Below are positions 47,660 through 55,954 of a stretch of 64,000 bases of DNA, piece after piece (the first letter of the stretch is position 1; each line of letters starts with the position of its first letter). The position numbers and the translations under genes are program-made. The stretch is from an uncultured Verrucomicrobiae bacterium. GTDB taxonomy: Bacteria; Verrucomicrobiota; Verrucomicrobiia; Limisphaerales; UBA11358. The stretch spans positions 66,979-130,978 of the forward strand of contig CAWHAH010000007.1 of NCBI GenBank assembly GCA_963827205.1, read 5' to 3'. The notes beneath the pieces were generated by a model. It saw nothing but the letters and a program-made list of their open reading frames with translations. It ran no database searches and was not told where the DNA came from.

Positions 47660-47693
47660 GTGATGCGTGAAACGTGAAACGTGAAACGTGATG
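47660..47693. repeat. GTGAAAC heptamer-repeat arm (downstream arm of the stem enclosing the four-helix-bundle gene)
   Basis: The sequence is gtgatgcgtgaaacgtgaaacgtgaaacgtgatg. Its first 32 nt are identical to 50428-50459. Confidence 0.8.
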
Positions 47694-47713
47694 GGTGGTG
47701 CGTGAATGCATGG

Positions 47714-48223
47714 TTAAGCCAGTGGAATGTTCTGGAACAATTGCGTCAGCTCATCGCGATCGAAAGGAGATGCCGTGTCCGGCGTTGTCAAAGAAGTTTG
47801 GTAAGGGGGGCTGTCTTCGCGGAGGAGCGAACCGCGCTGATCCGGAACCATCGTGAGTAGCAGGCGGATGATTTGGGTCGAAAGACGAATCCGATGTTCT
47901 GCGACTCTCTCGCCGAGCACATGACGGCCATCGTAATACCAACCACGGCTCTCGCGTGCTGAACCCAAACCATATTCGTAAAACCGGGCGCGGTCTTTGC
48001 CTGTGCCTCGTGAATAGCCCTCGGCCACGTTCGCTCCAATCGACCTGAGAGCCCGATAAAGCTGATCCGAAAGTCCGAGCGTGCGTTTGTCTTTCATCAA
48101 TTTGCTCACGTCATGCCAGCCCAAGTCCGCAGCGAACAATGCCAGCCGATAAACCTCGACTTTCCAAAGTGAATCGCCCGCTATTTCCACCGGCACCGAC
48201 TTTAACCATTCATCATAACTCAT
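47714..48223 (-). CDS. Four-helix-bundle protein (23S rRNA intervening-sequence protein family)
   Basis: 169 aa. The segments YRLALFAADLGWHDVSKL, DQLYRALRSIGANVAEGYSRGTGKDRARFYEYGLGSARESRGWY are typical of the TIGR02436/PF05635 family. It is inserted between two MacB-type permease genes. Confidence 0.85.
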   Translation of the reverse strand: MSYDEWLKSVPVEIAGDSLWKVEVYRLALFAADLGWHDVSKLMKDKRTLGLSDQLYRALRSIGANVAEGYSRGTGKDRARFYEYGLGSARESRGWYYDGRHVLGERVAEHRIRLSTQIIRLLLTMVPDQRGSLLREDSPPYQTSLTTPDTASPFDRDELTQLFQNIPLA

Positions 48224-48242
48224 AACCGGCCTCTTTCTCGCA

Positions 48243-48279
48243 CCTCACGTTTCACGTTTCACTCGTCACGTTTCACGCC
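48243..48279. repeat. GTTTCAC heptamer-repeat arm (upstream arm in transcript orientation)
   Basis: cctcacgtttcacgtttcactcgtcacgtttcacgcc starts immediately after the permease stop at 48280-48282. It is complementary to 47660-47699, with an 18-bp perfect core. Confidence 0.8.
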
Positions 48280-49515
48280 TCATTCGCTTCTCAAGGCCTC
48301 CACCGGGTCCATCCGCGCCGCGCGCCAGGCCGGCAGGAAACCGGAAATCACCCCCGTCAACAACGACACGAGCAAGGCAATGATGACGATATTTACGGAC
48401 AGAGTGGCCGGGAAGAGCAGGTGGGTGACCGCCAGCGTTACCAGCCAGGCAATGCCCAGTCCGATGATTCCGCCCATCAGACAGATGCAAGCGGCCTCGA
48501 TCAGAAATTGCAGCAAAATGTTGCGACGCTTGGCGCCGATGGCCTTGCGCACGCCAATCTCGCGTGTCCGTTCAACCACCGAAACGAACATGATGTTCAT
48601 GATGCCGATGCCGCCGACGAACAGCGCCAGGCTGGTGACGAACAGGCCAACGATGGCGATGGTGCGGGTCTGCTGATGGAACCATTGCACGATCTGGTCC
48701 TGCTGGTTGATGCCGAAGTCATCCCCCTCGTCGGGCGCCAGGTGCCGGATGTGGCGCATGGTCTGGCGCAATTCCTCCCGGGTTTCATCCAGTTGCGTCA
48801 GTTCATTGACCTTCACCTCCACCCGATCAATGGTGGGACGATTCCAGATGTCCGCCAGAAATTCCCGGATCGGAATGATCACCCGCTCGTCCAGGCTCCA
48901 ACCCAACATCTTCCCCTGTTTTTCCAGCACCCCGACGACTTGAAAGGACTGGTTATTAATTTTAATCCGGGCGCCCAAGGGTGAATCCCCACGAAACAGG
49001 TTGGTGGCCACGTCGCTGCCGATCACACAAACCGGTTGCCCGCCTTCGGCATCCGCGGCGGTCAGGAAGCGGCCTTGGGCCACATTCACACCGCTGGTTT
49101 GCAAATAGGGATCCGTGGTGCCGATGACGAGGACGAGGGTGGCGCTCCTGGTTTTGTATTGCAACGTCTCCCGGTCATATACCGTGGGGGCGACGGTCGC
49201 GATGGGGGCGAGCTGCCGGGCCAGGGCCTCGGCTTCCCTCAGCGAAATAGGCCGGCGTCGCTTCTGGGCTTTGAGCCAGTCGTCATAGGAGCCGCTGAAC
49301 CAGCTGTATTGTTGCACGTAAAAAACATCCGCGCCGATCGAGGAAATGCTTTTGATGAACGCCTGGTCCAGTCCGTTAATAGCCGCGCCCATGAGGGTGA
49401 CGGTGACGATGCCGATGACGATGCCGATGGTGGCAAGCGCTGAACGCATCTTGTTCGCGCGGACGGCGTCCCACGAAATGCCGAGACCTTCGCGGATTTC
49501 GGCGAAAAATTTCAT
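48280..49515 (-). CDS. ABC transporter permease, MacB/FtsX type
   Basis: The Met at 49515 gives MKFFAEIREGLGISWDAVRANKMRSALATIGIVIGIVTVTLM. The FtsX motif is REIGVRKAIGAKRRNI. The table start at 49587 runs into a repeat element. Confidence 0.88.
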   Translation of the reverse strand: MKFFAEIREGLGISWDAVRANKMRSALATIGIVIGIVTVTLMGAAINGLDQAFIKSISSIGADVFYVQQYSWFSGSYDDWLKAQKRRRPISLREAEALARQLAPIATVAPTVYDRETLQYKTRSATLVLVIGTTDPYLQTSGVNVAQGRFLTAADAEGGQPVCVIGSDVATNLFRGDSPLGARIKINNQSFQVVGVLEKQGKMLGWSLDERVIIPIREFLADIWNRPTIDRVEVKVNELTQLDETREELRQTMRHIRHLAPDEGDDFGINQQDQIVQWFHQQTRTIAIVGLFVTSLALFVGGIGIMNIMFVSVVERTREIGVRKAIGAKRRNILLQFLIEAACICLMGGIIGLGIAWLVTLAVTHLLFPATLSVNIVIIALLVSLLTGVISGFLPAWRAARMDPVEALRSE

Positions 49516-49544
49516 GGTGGCGTGAGAATTTTCAACGACGATTT

Positions 49545-49680
49545 TCCCCTCACCCGGACCCTCTCCCTCAGGGAGAGGGAACAGCAAAGTTCGTCACCTG
49601 AAAAGTTCGACACCGCCCGATTCGCCGACCGGCTGGCGACCATTCCCCCTCTGCCGGGGGAGAGGGCCGGGGTGAGGGTG
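49545..49680. repeat. Pair of CCCTCTCC/GGAGAGGG hairpins with outer CCCCTCACCC/GGGGTGAGGG inverted arms
   Basis: The sequence is cccctcacccggaccctctccctcagggagaggg ... ccccctctgccgggggagagggccggggtgagggtg. It fills the ATPase-permease spacer. Confidence 0.7.
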
Positions 49681-49708
49681 GCAGTAATATTTGTTTTCAC
49701 AAAACTGT

Positions 49709-50422
49709 TTAGCCGTGGGTTGTCGCAGTAACCTTGGTTTCATGCTGCTTCTCGTCACTGGCAATCAGCCCATCGCGAATGCGGATGATGCGGCGGGCTT
49801 GTTTGGCGATGTCCTCCTCGTGCGTGACCACGATGATGGTGTTGCCTTTCCGGGAAAGCTCCTCGATCAAGGCCATGATTTCCGCGCCGGTTTTGGAATC
49901 GAGATTGCCCGTCGGTTCATCGGCCAGCAACAGGGACGGCCGGTTGACGAGGGCGCGGGCGACGGCGACGCGCTGGCGCTGGCCGCCGGAAAGTTCGTTG
50001 GGCTTGTGATGAACGCGGTCCGCCAGGCCGACCTGCGTGAGTGCGTCGAGGGCGATCTGGCGGCGGGTTTCCGCCGGCACACCGGCGTAAATGAGCGGCA
50101 GCTCGACGTTATGCAACGCGTTCGAGCGCGCCAGCAGGTTGAAGGTCTGGAAGATGAAACCAATTTCACGGTTGCGGATTTCCGCGAGTTGATTGTCGTC
50201 CATGTCGCTGACGCTGACGCCATTCAATTCGTAATGGCCGGAAGTGGGCGTGTCGAGGCAGCCGATGAGGTTCATCAGCGTGGATTTGCCGGACCCGGAC
50301 GGGCCCATGATGGCGACGTATTCGCCGCGCTGGATTTCGAGCGACACATCGCGCAGCGCGTGGACGGTTTCCGCGCCCATCTGGTAACGCCGCGAAATAT
50401 TCTGGAACCGGATCAGGCTCAT
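49709..50422 (-). CDS. ABC transporter ATP-binding protein (MacB/LolD-type)
   Basis: The Met at 50422 gives [13 protein letters not shown]. It has Walker [10 protein letters not shown], signature [15 protein letters not shown] and Walker [13 protein letters not shown]. Confidence 0.92.
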   Translation of the reverse strand: MSLIRFQNISRRYQMGAETVHALRDVSLEIQRGEYVAIMGPSGSGKSTLMNLIGCLDTPTSGHYELNGVSVSDMDDNQLAEIRNREIGFIFQTFNLLARSNALHNVELPLIYAGVPAETRRQIALDALTQVGLADRVHHKPNELSGGQRQRVAVARALVNRPSLLLADEPTGNLDSKTGAEIMALIEELSRKGNTIIVVTHEEDIAKQARRIIRIRDGLIASDEKQHETKVTATTHG

Positions 50423-50427
50423 GTTCA

Positions 50428-50511
50428 GTGATGCGTGAAACGTGAAACGTGAAACGTGAGGTCGGTTGGCACACCGCGCTTTTTCACGCATCACGTTTCA
50501 CGTTTCATGAC
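50428..50511. repeat. Gene-less hairpin made of the same GTGAAAC heptamer arms
   Basis: The left arm is gtgatgcgtgaaacgtgaaacgtgaaacgtgagg and the right arm is tttttcacgcatcacgtttcacgtttcatgac, about 20 nt apart. Alternative pairings of 17 bp and 13 bp are possible. Confidence 0.8.
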
Positions 50512-50518
50512 AACTTTG

Positions 50519-51871
50519 TTATTTTGTCTCCGCGGTCGCGAGTCCCTTTTTAATTTTGGAGCCGTCCTTTAAATCGCGGCTGATGGCGCGGTAACCGCCG
50601 GAGACAATTTCCTCGCCATTGGTGAGGCCGTCGGTGATCTCCCAGTAATTGTCGTCGCAAATGCCGATTTTCACCGGCACGGCCTTTACGTGATTGCCTT
50701 CCACAACAAAAACAACGTCCAATGGTTTGGTGGATTCCTTGGTCTTCGAGGCTGAGGCGGCATTCGTGCCCGACGACACGGTATTGGTGCCCGAAGTATT
50801 GGCGGCCGCGAGATTGGTGGCGGCGGCATTGGTTCTGCCGGCTTTCGGCGGATCCATTTTCTTCGGCGTTGGCGGGCGGGTGGTGACGCTGGCCAGCGGA
50901 ACGGTGAGCACGTTGGTGCAATACTTGGTCTCGATGTCGGCGCTGACAGACATTCCGGGGCGGAAATCTTCCTTGTCGGTCAAACGGATGCGCACTTGGA
51001 ACTTGGTGGCTTCCTGCGACTGGCTGCTGCCGGAAGAGCCGCCGGCCTGGTTGCTGTCTTTCGATGAACTGGCCACATCCGTCACCACGCCGGCGAACTT
51101 GCGGTCCTTGAACGCGTCCACATCCAGCCGCGCCTTCTGGCCGGGCTTGATGCCCACCACGTCCATCTCACCGATGTCCACCCGCGCCTCCATCTGGTTC
51201 AAATCCGAGATGACCAGGATTTCAGTCCCGGCAAATTGCATGGTGCCCAAGACACGCTCGCCGAGCTGCGAGTTCAATTTGGTGATGGTGCCGTCGAGCG
51301 GGGAAACAACCGTCGTTTTGTTCAGCGAATCCTGCGCGCTGTCCACGAGCGCCTTGGCGACGTTCACCTGGTCGTCGGCGCTGTCGAGTTGCGCCTTGGC
51401 CACGTCCCGGGCGGATTTGAAGCCGATGAAATCCGATTCCGAAAGCAGCTTCTGGTGGAACAATTCCAGATTGCGGTCGTAGTCCGCCTGGGCTTTTTCC
51501 AGGTTCGCCACCGCCGAGGCCTTGGCGGCGAGCGAGGATTCGTAGCCGGCCTTCGCCTGGTTGACCGCGGCGATATAAATGTCCGGGTTGATCTTCACCA
51601 GCAGATCGCCTTTCTTGACCTGCTGGCCTTCCTTGACCGGCAATTCGATGATTTCGCCGCTGACTTCCGGGCTGATGGTGACCTGCACGACGGGCTGGAT
51701 TTTGCCGTTGGCCACCACGATGTTGGTGAGACTGTGGCGGGCGACCAGTTCCGTCTGGACTGTGATGGCCGGCTCGCGCTTTTTGAAAACGGCCAACAAC
51801 ACCAGCGCCACCAGCACCAGTCCGATGACTGAAAAGATGATGATCTTCCGGCGTTTTTTAGGCTTTGCCAT
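50519..51871 (-). CDS. Efflux periplasmic adaptor (HlyD/MacA family)
   Basis: The Met at 51871 gives MAKPKKRRKIIIFSVIGLVLVALVLLAVF. It has a lipoyl-like VKKGDLLVKI, a coiled-coil hairpin, a beta-barrel, and a Thr/Ala/Ser-rich insert. Confidence 0.88.
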   Translation of the reverse strand: MAKPKKRRKIIIFSVIGLVLVALVLLAVFKKREPAITVQTELVARHSLTNIVVANGKIQPVVQVTISPEVSGEIIELPVKEGQQVKKGDLLVKINPDIYIAAVNQAKAGYESSLAAKASAVANLEKAQADYDRNLELFHQKLLSESDFIGFKSARDVAKAQLDSADDQVNVAKALVDSAQDSLNKTTVVSPLDGTITKLNSQLGERVLGTMQFAGTEILVISDLNQMEARVDIGEMDVVGIKPGQKARLDVDAFKDRKFAGVVTDVASSSKDSNQAGGSSGSSQSQEATKFQVRIRLTDKEDFRPGMSVSADIETKYCTNVLTVPLASVTTRPPTPKKMDPPKAGRTNAAATNLAAANTSGTNTVSSGTNAASASKTKESTKPLDVVFVVEGNHVKAVPVKIGICDDNYWEITDGLTNGEEIVSGGYRAISRDLKDGSKIKKGLATAETK

Positions 51872-51936
51872 GATCTCTGCTATTAAGACAAGGTGAACGG
51901 AAATTTGTTTCGGGGAATTATATTTTAAGGCCGCTT

Positions 51937-52722
51937 TTACAATGCCCACTGTCCCAAACCGATGGCGATGAGCAGCAATTCAATCAACACCCAAAAGCCG
52001 AAAACAACCGCAAAGACCCTGGCCGTGGGCGCGCCCGAAACTTTGGCCAACCCGATGGCCAGCACCCCCGTGTGCCAGAGATAAATGATGTTGGCCGCGC
52101 CGAGCAGGAGGTGAACGCGATTTTTCGGATCAAAATCATTTGCCAACAAGGCGAGGCTCGGTCCTGCATAAAGCCGGCCGAGGATTACGGCCAGCAGCGT
52201 GCCGACGACCATTCCGAGGACAATGATGACGGAAGACAACCCGGCGAGTTCCACGGCTTTCAAATAATCAAACCGCGCCTTGAGGAGCCAGCGTCCGAGC
52301 AGCCACAACACCAAGGCCCACCCGAACAGCGAGACGAAACTATAGATGACAATGCCAACGCTTCCGAAAACGGCCAGCATCGTCGGGCCCATAAACTTCT
52401 CCATCACCTGCAACGCCTGGTCTTCCTGGGCTTGGGTCAATTTGCCTTGTTGCACCAGCTTGTCCATGGCCTTGACCTGTTGGTCGTGAACGGTCTGTTG
52501 AATGGCCGGCTGGGCGAACATGATGCACACGGAAATCGCCCCCACCATGGCGTAGATAATCACCGGCACGAGCCAGTTGGCCACAGACGGCGGAGTTGCC
52601 TTGACCTCCTCAAAGACTTCACCGGGAGCGGCAAAGACATTCAGCAGCCGCCCGGCCAGCGAAGTCGTTGGCGCTGGCGTTCCGAGGGGTGGCGGTTCGG
52701 GCATGGATGGGACTGGTTCCAC
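51937..52722 (-). CDS. Yip1-domain membrane protein
   Basis: 261 aa. The N-terminal region LLNVFAAPGEVFEEVKATPPSVANWLVPVIIYAMVG is followed by five hydrophobic helices. Confidence 0.7.
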   Translation of the reverse strand: MEPVPSMPEPPPLGTPAPTTSLAGRLLNVFAAPGEVFEEVKATPPSVANWLVPVIIYAMVGAISVCIMFAQPAIQQTVHDQQVKAMDKLVQQGKLTQAQEDQALQVMEKFMGPTMLAVFGSVGIVIYSFVSLFGWALVLWLLGRWLLKARFDYLKAVELAGLSSVIIVLGMVVGTLLAVILGRLYAGPSLALLANDFDPKNRVHLLLGAANIIYLWHTGVLAIGLAKVSGAPTARVFAVVFGFWVLIELLLIAIGLGQWAL

Positions 52723-52921
52723 AGATTTAGTCTGGTTTATCCATTACTTAGGCAAAATCCAGCCGAAGTTACAAGAAAAGTCGGCAATTTTTTTGATTGA
52801 ACAGCATTACCGGGAGGGATTTTCCCCATTAGTCGGGCCGTGCCGAGCCTCGTTGAACCGCAGCATTGAGAACGCAACCATCGCAGCGCGGCTCCTGATG
52901 ATTTCACTTTCCATCGCCTTC

Positions 52922-52990
52922 GTTGCAGCCGTTGTGAGCCGGCTCAAATCTCTACCCGGCCATAATGAGCGGACTGACGTCCGCTGCTAC
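52922..52990. repeat. GTAGCAGC-type inverted repeat
   Basis: The arms are gttgcagccgttgtgagccggctc and gagcggactgacgtccgctgctac. The element lies 3-prime of the phosphoesterase gene. Confidence 0.65.
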
Positions 52991-53072
52991 AAAACCATTT
53001 CCTGAAGATACGAGTCCTGACGGCCCTTGAAATTGGTGTTAATTCACACAATTTGTGGCAAAGAGTCCGTTT

Positions 53073-55820
53073 TCAATCATCGTCCGTCGCTTTCACTGCC
53101 CAGACCGGATACGGCACTTGCGAGCCTTTCATCGCGCGCCACAAAATGCGGTTGAACAAATCTTCCGGACATTGATCTTCCTTTTCCAGCGGCAACTTTG
53201 CGGAAACGTACGCGTCTTTGCGCAATTGCGAATCGGAGATTTCCCGTGGCGATTTGTTCATTTCATCCAGTGGCACCTTGTTAGTCACCGCGTCGAACGG
53301 TGTGAAATCCGGAGTACCGGTAAAACAATCGAACATCGGCGTGGCCGTCGCGTCCATCTGGTTCATCGGCGGCAGGCCGAGCATCAATTCCATCGTGCGC
53401 AACACGCTGGTCTGGTTGTATTGCGTGTGGACAACCGCGCCGCGTTTGGTGTAGGCGCTGGCGACGTAGGCGGTCGTGCGGTAACCGCTCACGTGGTCCC
53501 AACCACTCTGCGGATCGTCCTCGATGGCGAAGAGGCAGGTGTTCGTCCAGAATTTCGAATGGCTGACGGCCTCGACGATTCGGCCGAACGCGAGGTCGTT
53601 GTCGGCCACCTGCGCTTCGGGTGTGGGCGAACCGAATCTCGTGCCGCTGGTGTGGTCATTGGGCAGCCACATGATGACGAGGTTCGGCAGATTGTCCGCC
53701 GCTTCAAACCGATTCAGCTCCTTGATGAATTGCGCGGCGCGCCATACGTCCGGCACATCCAGGTCCCAGCCGATGGTATTCGTCAGGGTGTAAGGCCGCA
53801 ACGCCTCGATGTCCGGCTCGCTCGTCAACGCGATTTCGTCCGTGCCGTTCACAAAATTGCGGTAACAATCGAGGAAGCCTGGCTTGCCTTTGCGCGCGGG
53901 GTCCTTCCAATGTTTTTTGTCGGAGGTGAACTCGCCCAGGTCGCAGACCGTCCGGCCGTGTGCGAGGGCGTCGTTCCAGATGAACCCCGCCGGCGAATAG
54001 GCCAGCGCGTCCCGGGTGGTGTCGCCGTCGCCGCCGCTCGGATAACTGCGCGGCCAGCCGGCGAACTCGCGCTCCAGGTAATCCGTCCCGATGCCGCTGT
54101 CGGTCCAGTTGTGGCCGTCGGCGCTCAAGATGCTGCAGCAATACGTGTTGTCCAGTAGCGCAAAATCGTGGACGAGCTTGTGTTCGTTCGGCGTAACGCG
54201 TTCGCCGAACGCGCACAGATCGGCATTGCCATTGCCCGCCTTCACGTCGCCGAGCACCTGATCGTAACTGCGGTTTTCCTTGATGATGTAAATGACGTGC
54301 TGGAACACGCTGGGTTCGCCGACGCGTTCAGGCACGGCCCGGGCGGGCTGGTTTTCGCGCGGCGGCAATTTCGCCTGCGCCAAAAGCGGGTACCGCAAAT
54401 CCGCCAGCGCGGTCGGCGTGAAGGCGGCCAGTTCTTTGGCCGAGGGAACAGGCACCAGCGAGAGCGAGCCGGCGTATTGCTTGGTGTTGAACCCCGCACC
54501 CTTGCCGAATCCCCTTCGCGGCCTTTCCATTTTCGCGCCGAGGTTCTTGATGTTCGCGACATAAATTTTGTCCTGGTTTGCATCGAACGCAATCGCGCCG
54601 GGAAACCAGCCGGCGGGAATCAGGCCGAGCAATTTCGATTTGCCGGGTTTGAAACGAAACACCGCGACCGCGTTCTGGGTGCCGTTGCAAACAAAGAGTT
54701 TTTTCCCGGATTTGTTGAATGCGAGCGCGTTGGGCTGCGCGCCGAACAAATCGGCGGGATTCTGCCGCGCGCAAATCGTCTCGACGATTTTGTCCGTGCG
54801 TGTGTCAATAACGCTCAACGTGTCGCTGCCGGAGTTGGCGACGACGAGGAATTTTCCGTTCGGCGAAAGCGCCATCGCGCCGGCGCGCGGGCCGGTCACA
54901 ATTTCCTGAATTGGGTGGGGCGAGGCTACTGACGAGCCGGTGTTGTCGCGGCTCGCGAGGACGCTCGCCCCACCTGCTTCTGCAAGATCAATCACCGACA
55001 CCGAGCCTTCATTCGCAATGGAGCGATCATCCACGCGAACCTTTGTTCCTTGTCCCGCCGGGCCGGTGACGCTGTTCGCGTCGGGCCGGCGGCCGCCCGG
55101 GTTGCTCACGTAAATTTTTTTGCCGGCCAGCACCACGTCAAATGGAGCGACGCCCACGTCCCATGTCCGCAAAACTTTCCCGGTCACGGCGTCGAGTTCA
55201 ACGAGATGATTGGAAAGGTTGCCCGCGACGTAGAGTCGCCTGCCGTCGCGTGAAACGGCGATGCCGGCGGGAATTTCCGCTGCGCGCAGGGGCGCATTGG
55301 CCGGCGGCAGCGCGATGGAAAACAGCGGCGAAACTTTCTGGTCCTTGCCGACGCCGAAAACCTTGATGTCACCGTTGACGTTCGCCATGTAAATCCGCGA
55401 GCCGTCCGGCGAAAACGCCAGGCCGGTGAAACTCAACTGCGCCTTTTCGTCCGGGTTGAGAATTTCCATGGCTGTCGGCGTCTGTTCCTGTGCTCCTCCG
55501 GACGGGAGAGCAACGCGCTGAAAAATCTTTCCAGTGGCCGGATCCACCACGATCAATTCATGCGTCAGCCCGGCGGTCACGAGAATCTTGCCGTCGGGAC
55601 TCAACGCCAGCGCGTTTGGCCGGATGCCCGGCAGTTCGACCTGCGTTCCAGCGGGCGTGACGAGTTGGTTGGCCGGCGTGACCAGGCCGTTCGTGTCGCG
55701 GCCGACGGTTTCAGTCGTGGCGTCAAAATCCTCCCCGCGCAACCCGCTGACGGAGAAAATGAGATTGAATCCGACAAATGCGCAAAGCCCGAGGCAACGG
55801 ATGAATAATTTCAGTTTCAT
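53073..55820 (-). CDS. Secreted beta-propeller (YncE-like) + phosphoesterase-family (PLC/acid phosphatase-type) fusion protein
   Basis: The Met at 55820 gives the signal peptide MKLKLFIRCLGLCAFVGF. The N-terminal half has repeated propeller blades (..GDIKVF.., ..KIYVSNPG.., ..KLFVCNG.., ..KIYVANI..). The C-terminal half carries VIYIIKENRSYDQVLGD. Confidence 0.85.
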   Translation of the reverse strand: MKLKLFIRCLGLCAFVGFNLIFSVSGLRGEDFDATTETVGRDTNGLVTPANQLVTPAGTQVELPGIRPNALALSPDGKILVTAGLTHELIVVDPATGKIFQRVALPSGGAQEQTPTAMEILNPDEKAQLSFTGLAFSPDGSRIYMANVNGDIKVFGVGKDQKVSPLFSIALPPANAPLRAAEIPAGIAVSRDGRRLYVAGNLSNHLVELDAVTGKVLRTWDVGVAPFDVVLAGKKIYVSNPGGRRPDANSVTGPAGQGTKVRVDDRSIANEGSVSVIDLAEAGGASVLASRDNTGSSVASPHPIQEIVTGPRAGAMALSPNGKFLVVANSGSDTLSVIDTRTDKIVETICARQNPADLFGAQPNALAFNKSGKKLFVCNGTQNAVAVFRFKPGKSKLLGLIPAGWFPGAIAFDANQDKIYVANIKNLGAKMERPRRGFGKGAGFNTKQYAGSLSLVPVPSAKELAAFTPTALADLRYPLLAQAKLPPRENQPARAVPERVGEPSVFQHVIYIIKENRSYDQVLGDVKAGNGNADLCAFGERVTPNEHKLVHDFALLDNTYCCSILSADGHNWTDSGIGTDYLEREFAGWPRSYPSGGDGDTTRDALAYSPAGFIWNDALAHGRTVCDLGEFTSDKKHWKDPARKGKPGFLDCYRNFVNGTDEIALTSEPDIEALRPYTLTNTIGWDLDVPDVWRAAQFIKELNRFEAADNLPNLVIMWLPNDHTSGTRFGSPTPEAQVADNDLAFGRIVEAVSHSKFWTNTCLFAIEDDPQSGWDHVSGYRTTAYVASAYTKRGAVVHTQYNQTSVLRTMELMLGLPPMNQMDATATPMFDCFTGTPDFTPFDAVTNKVPLDEMNKSPREISDSQLRKDAYVSAKLPLEKEDQCPEDLFNRILWRAMKGSQVPYPVWAVKATDDD

Positions 55821-55884
55821 TCCGGCGAATAATGACAGCAACGTCCGGTCGTCGGCAAGTTACATGACGGCAAAATTTCGGAGC

Positions 55885-55943
55885 GCGGACGGCCCGTCCG
55901 CGAGTTGCAATCACAAGGATGAACGGGCGGACAAGCTGTCCGC
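55885..55943. repeat. Two GCGGAC-N5-GTCCGC palindromes
   Basis: gcggacggcccgtccgc (55885-55901) and gcggacaagctgtccgc (55927-55943) lie 3-prime of hldD. Confidence 0.7.
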
Positions 55944-55954
55944 GCTCCTGAAAA

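Noticed and set aside
47714-48223. The four-helix-bundle protein considered as the Avd accessory protein of a diversity-generating retroelement.
   Set aside because: There is no reverse transcriptase ORF anywhere in the window and no template/variable repeat pair with adenine-specific differences. The tandem malectin paralogs were checked by eye, and their differences are not A-specific.
47660-50511. The tandem GTGAAAC heptamers, and similar short tandem repeats, considered as a possible CRISPR array.
   Set aside because: The repeat unit is only 7 nt, with no unique spacers. Only 3-4 units occur per arm, and the arms come as inverted pairs. No cas genes are in the window.
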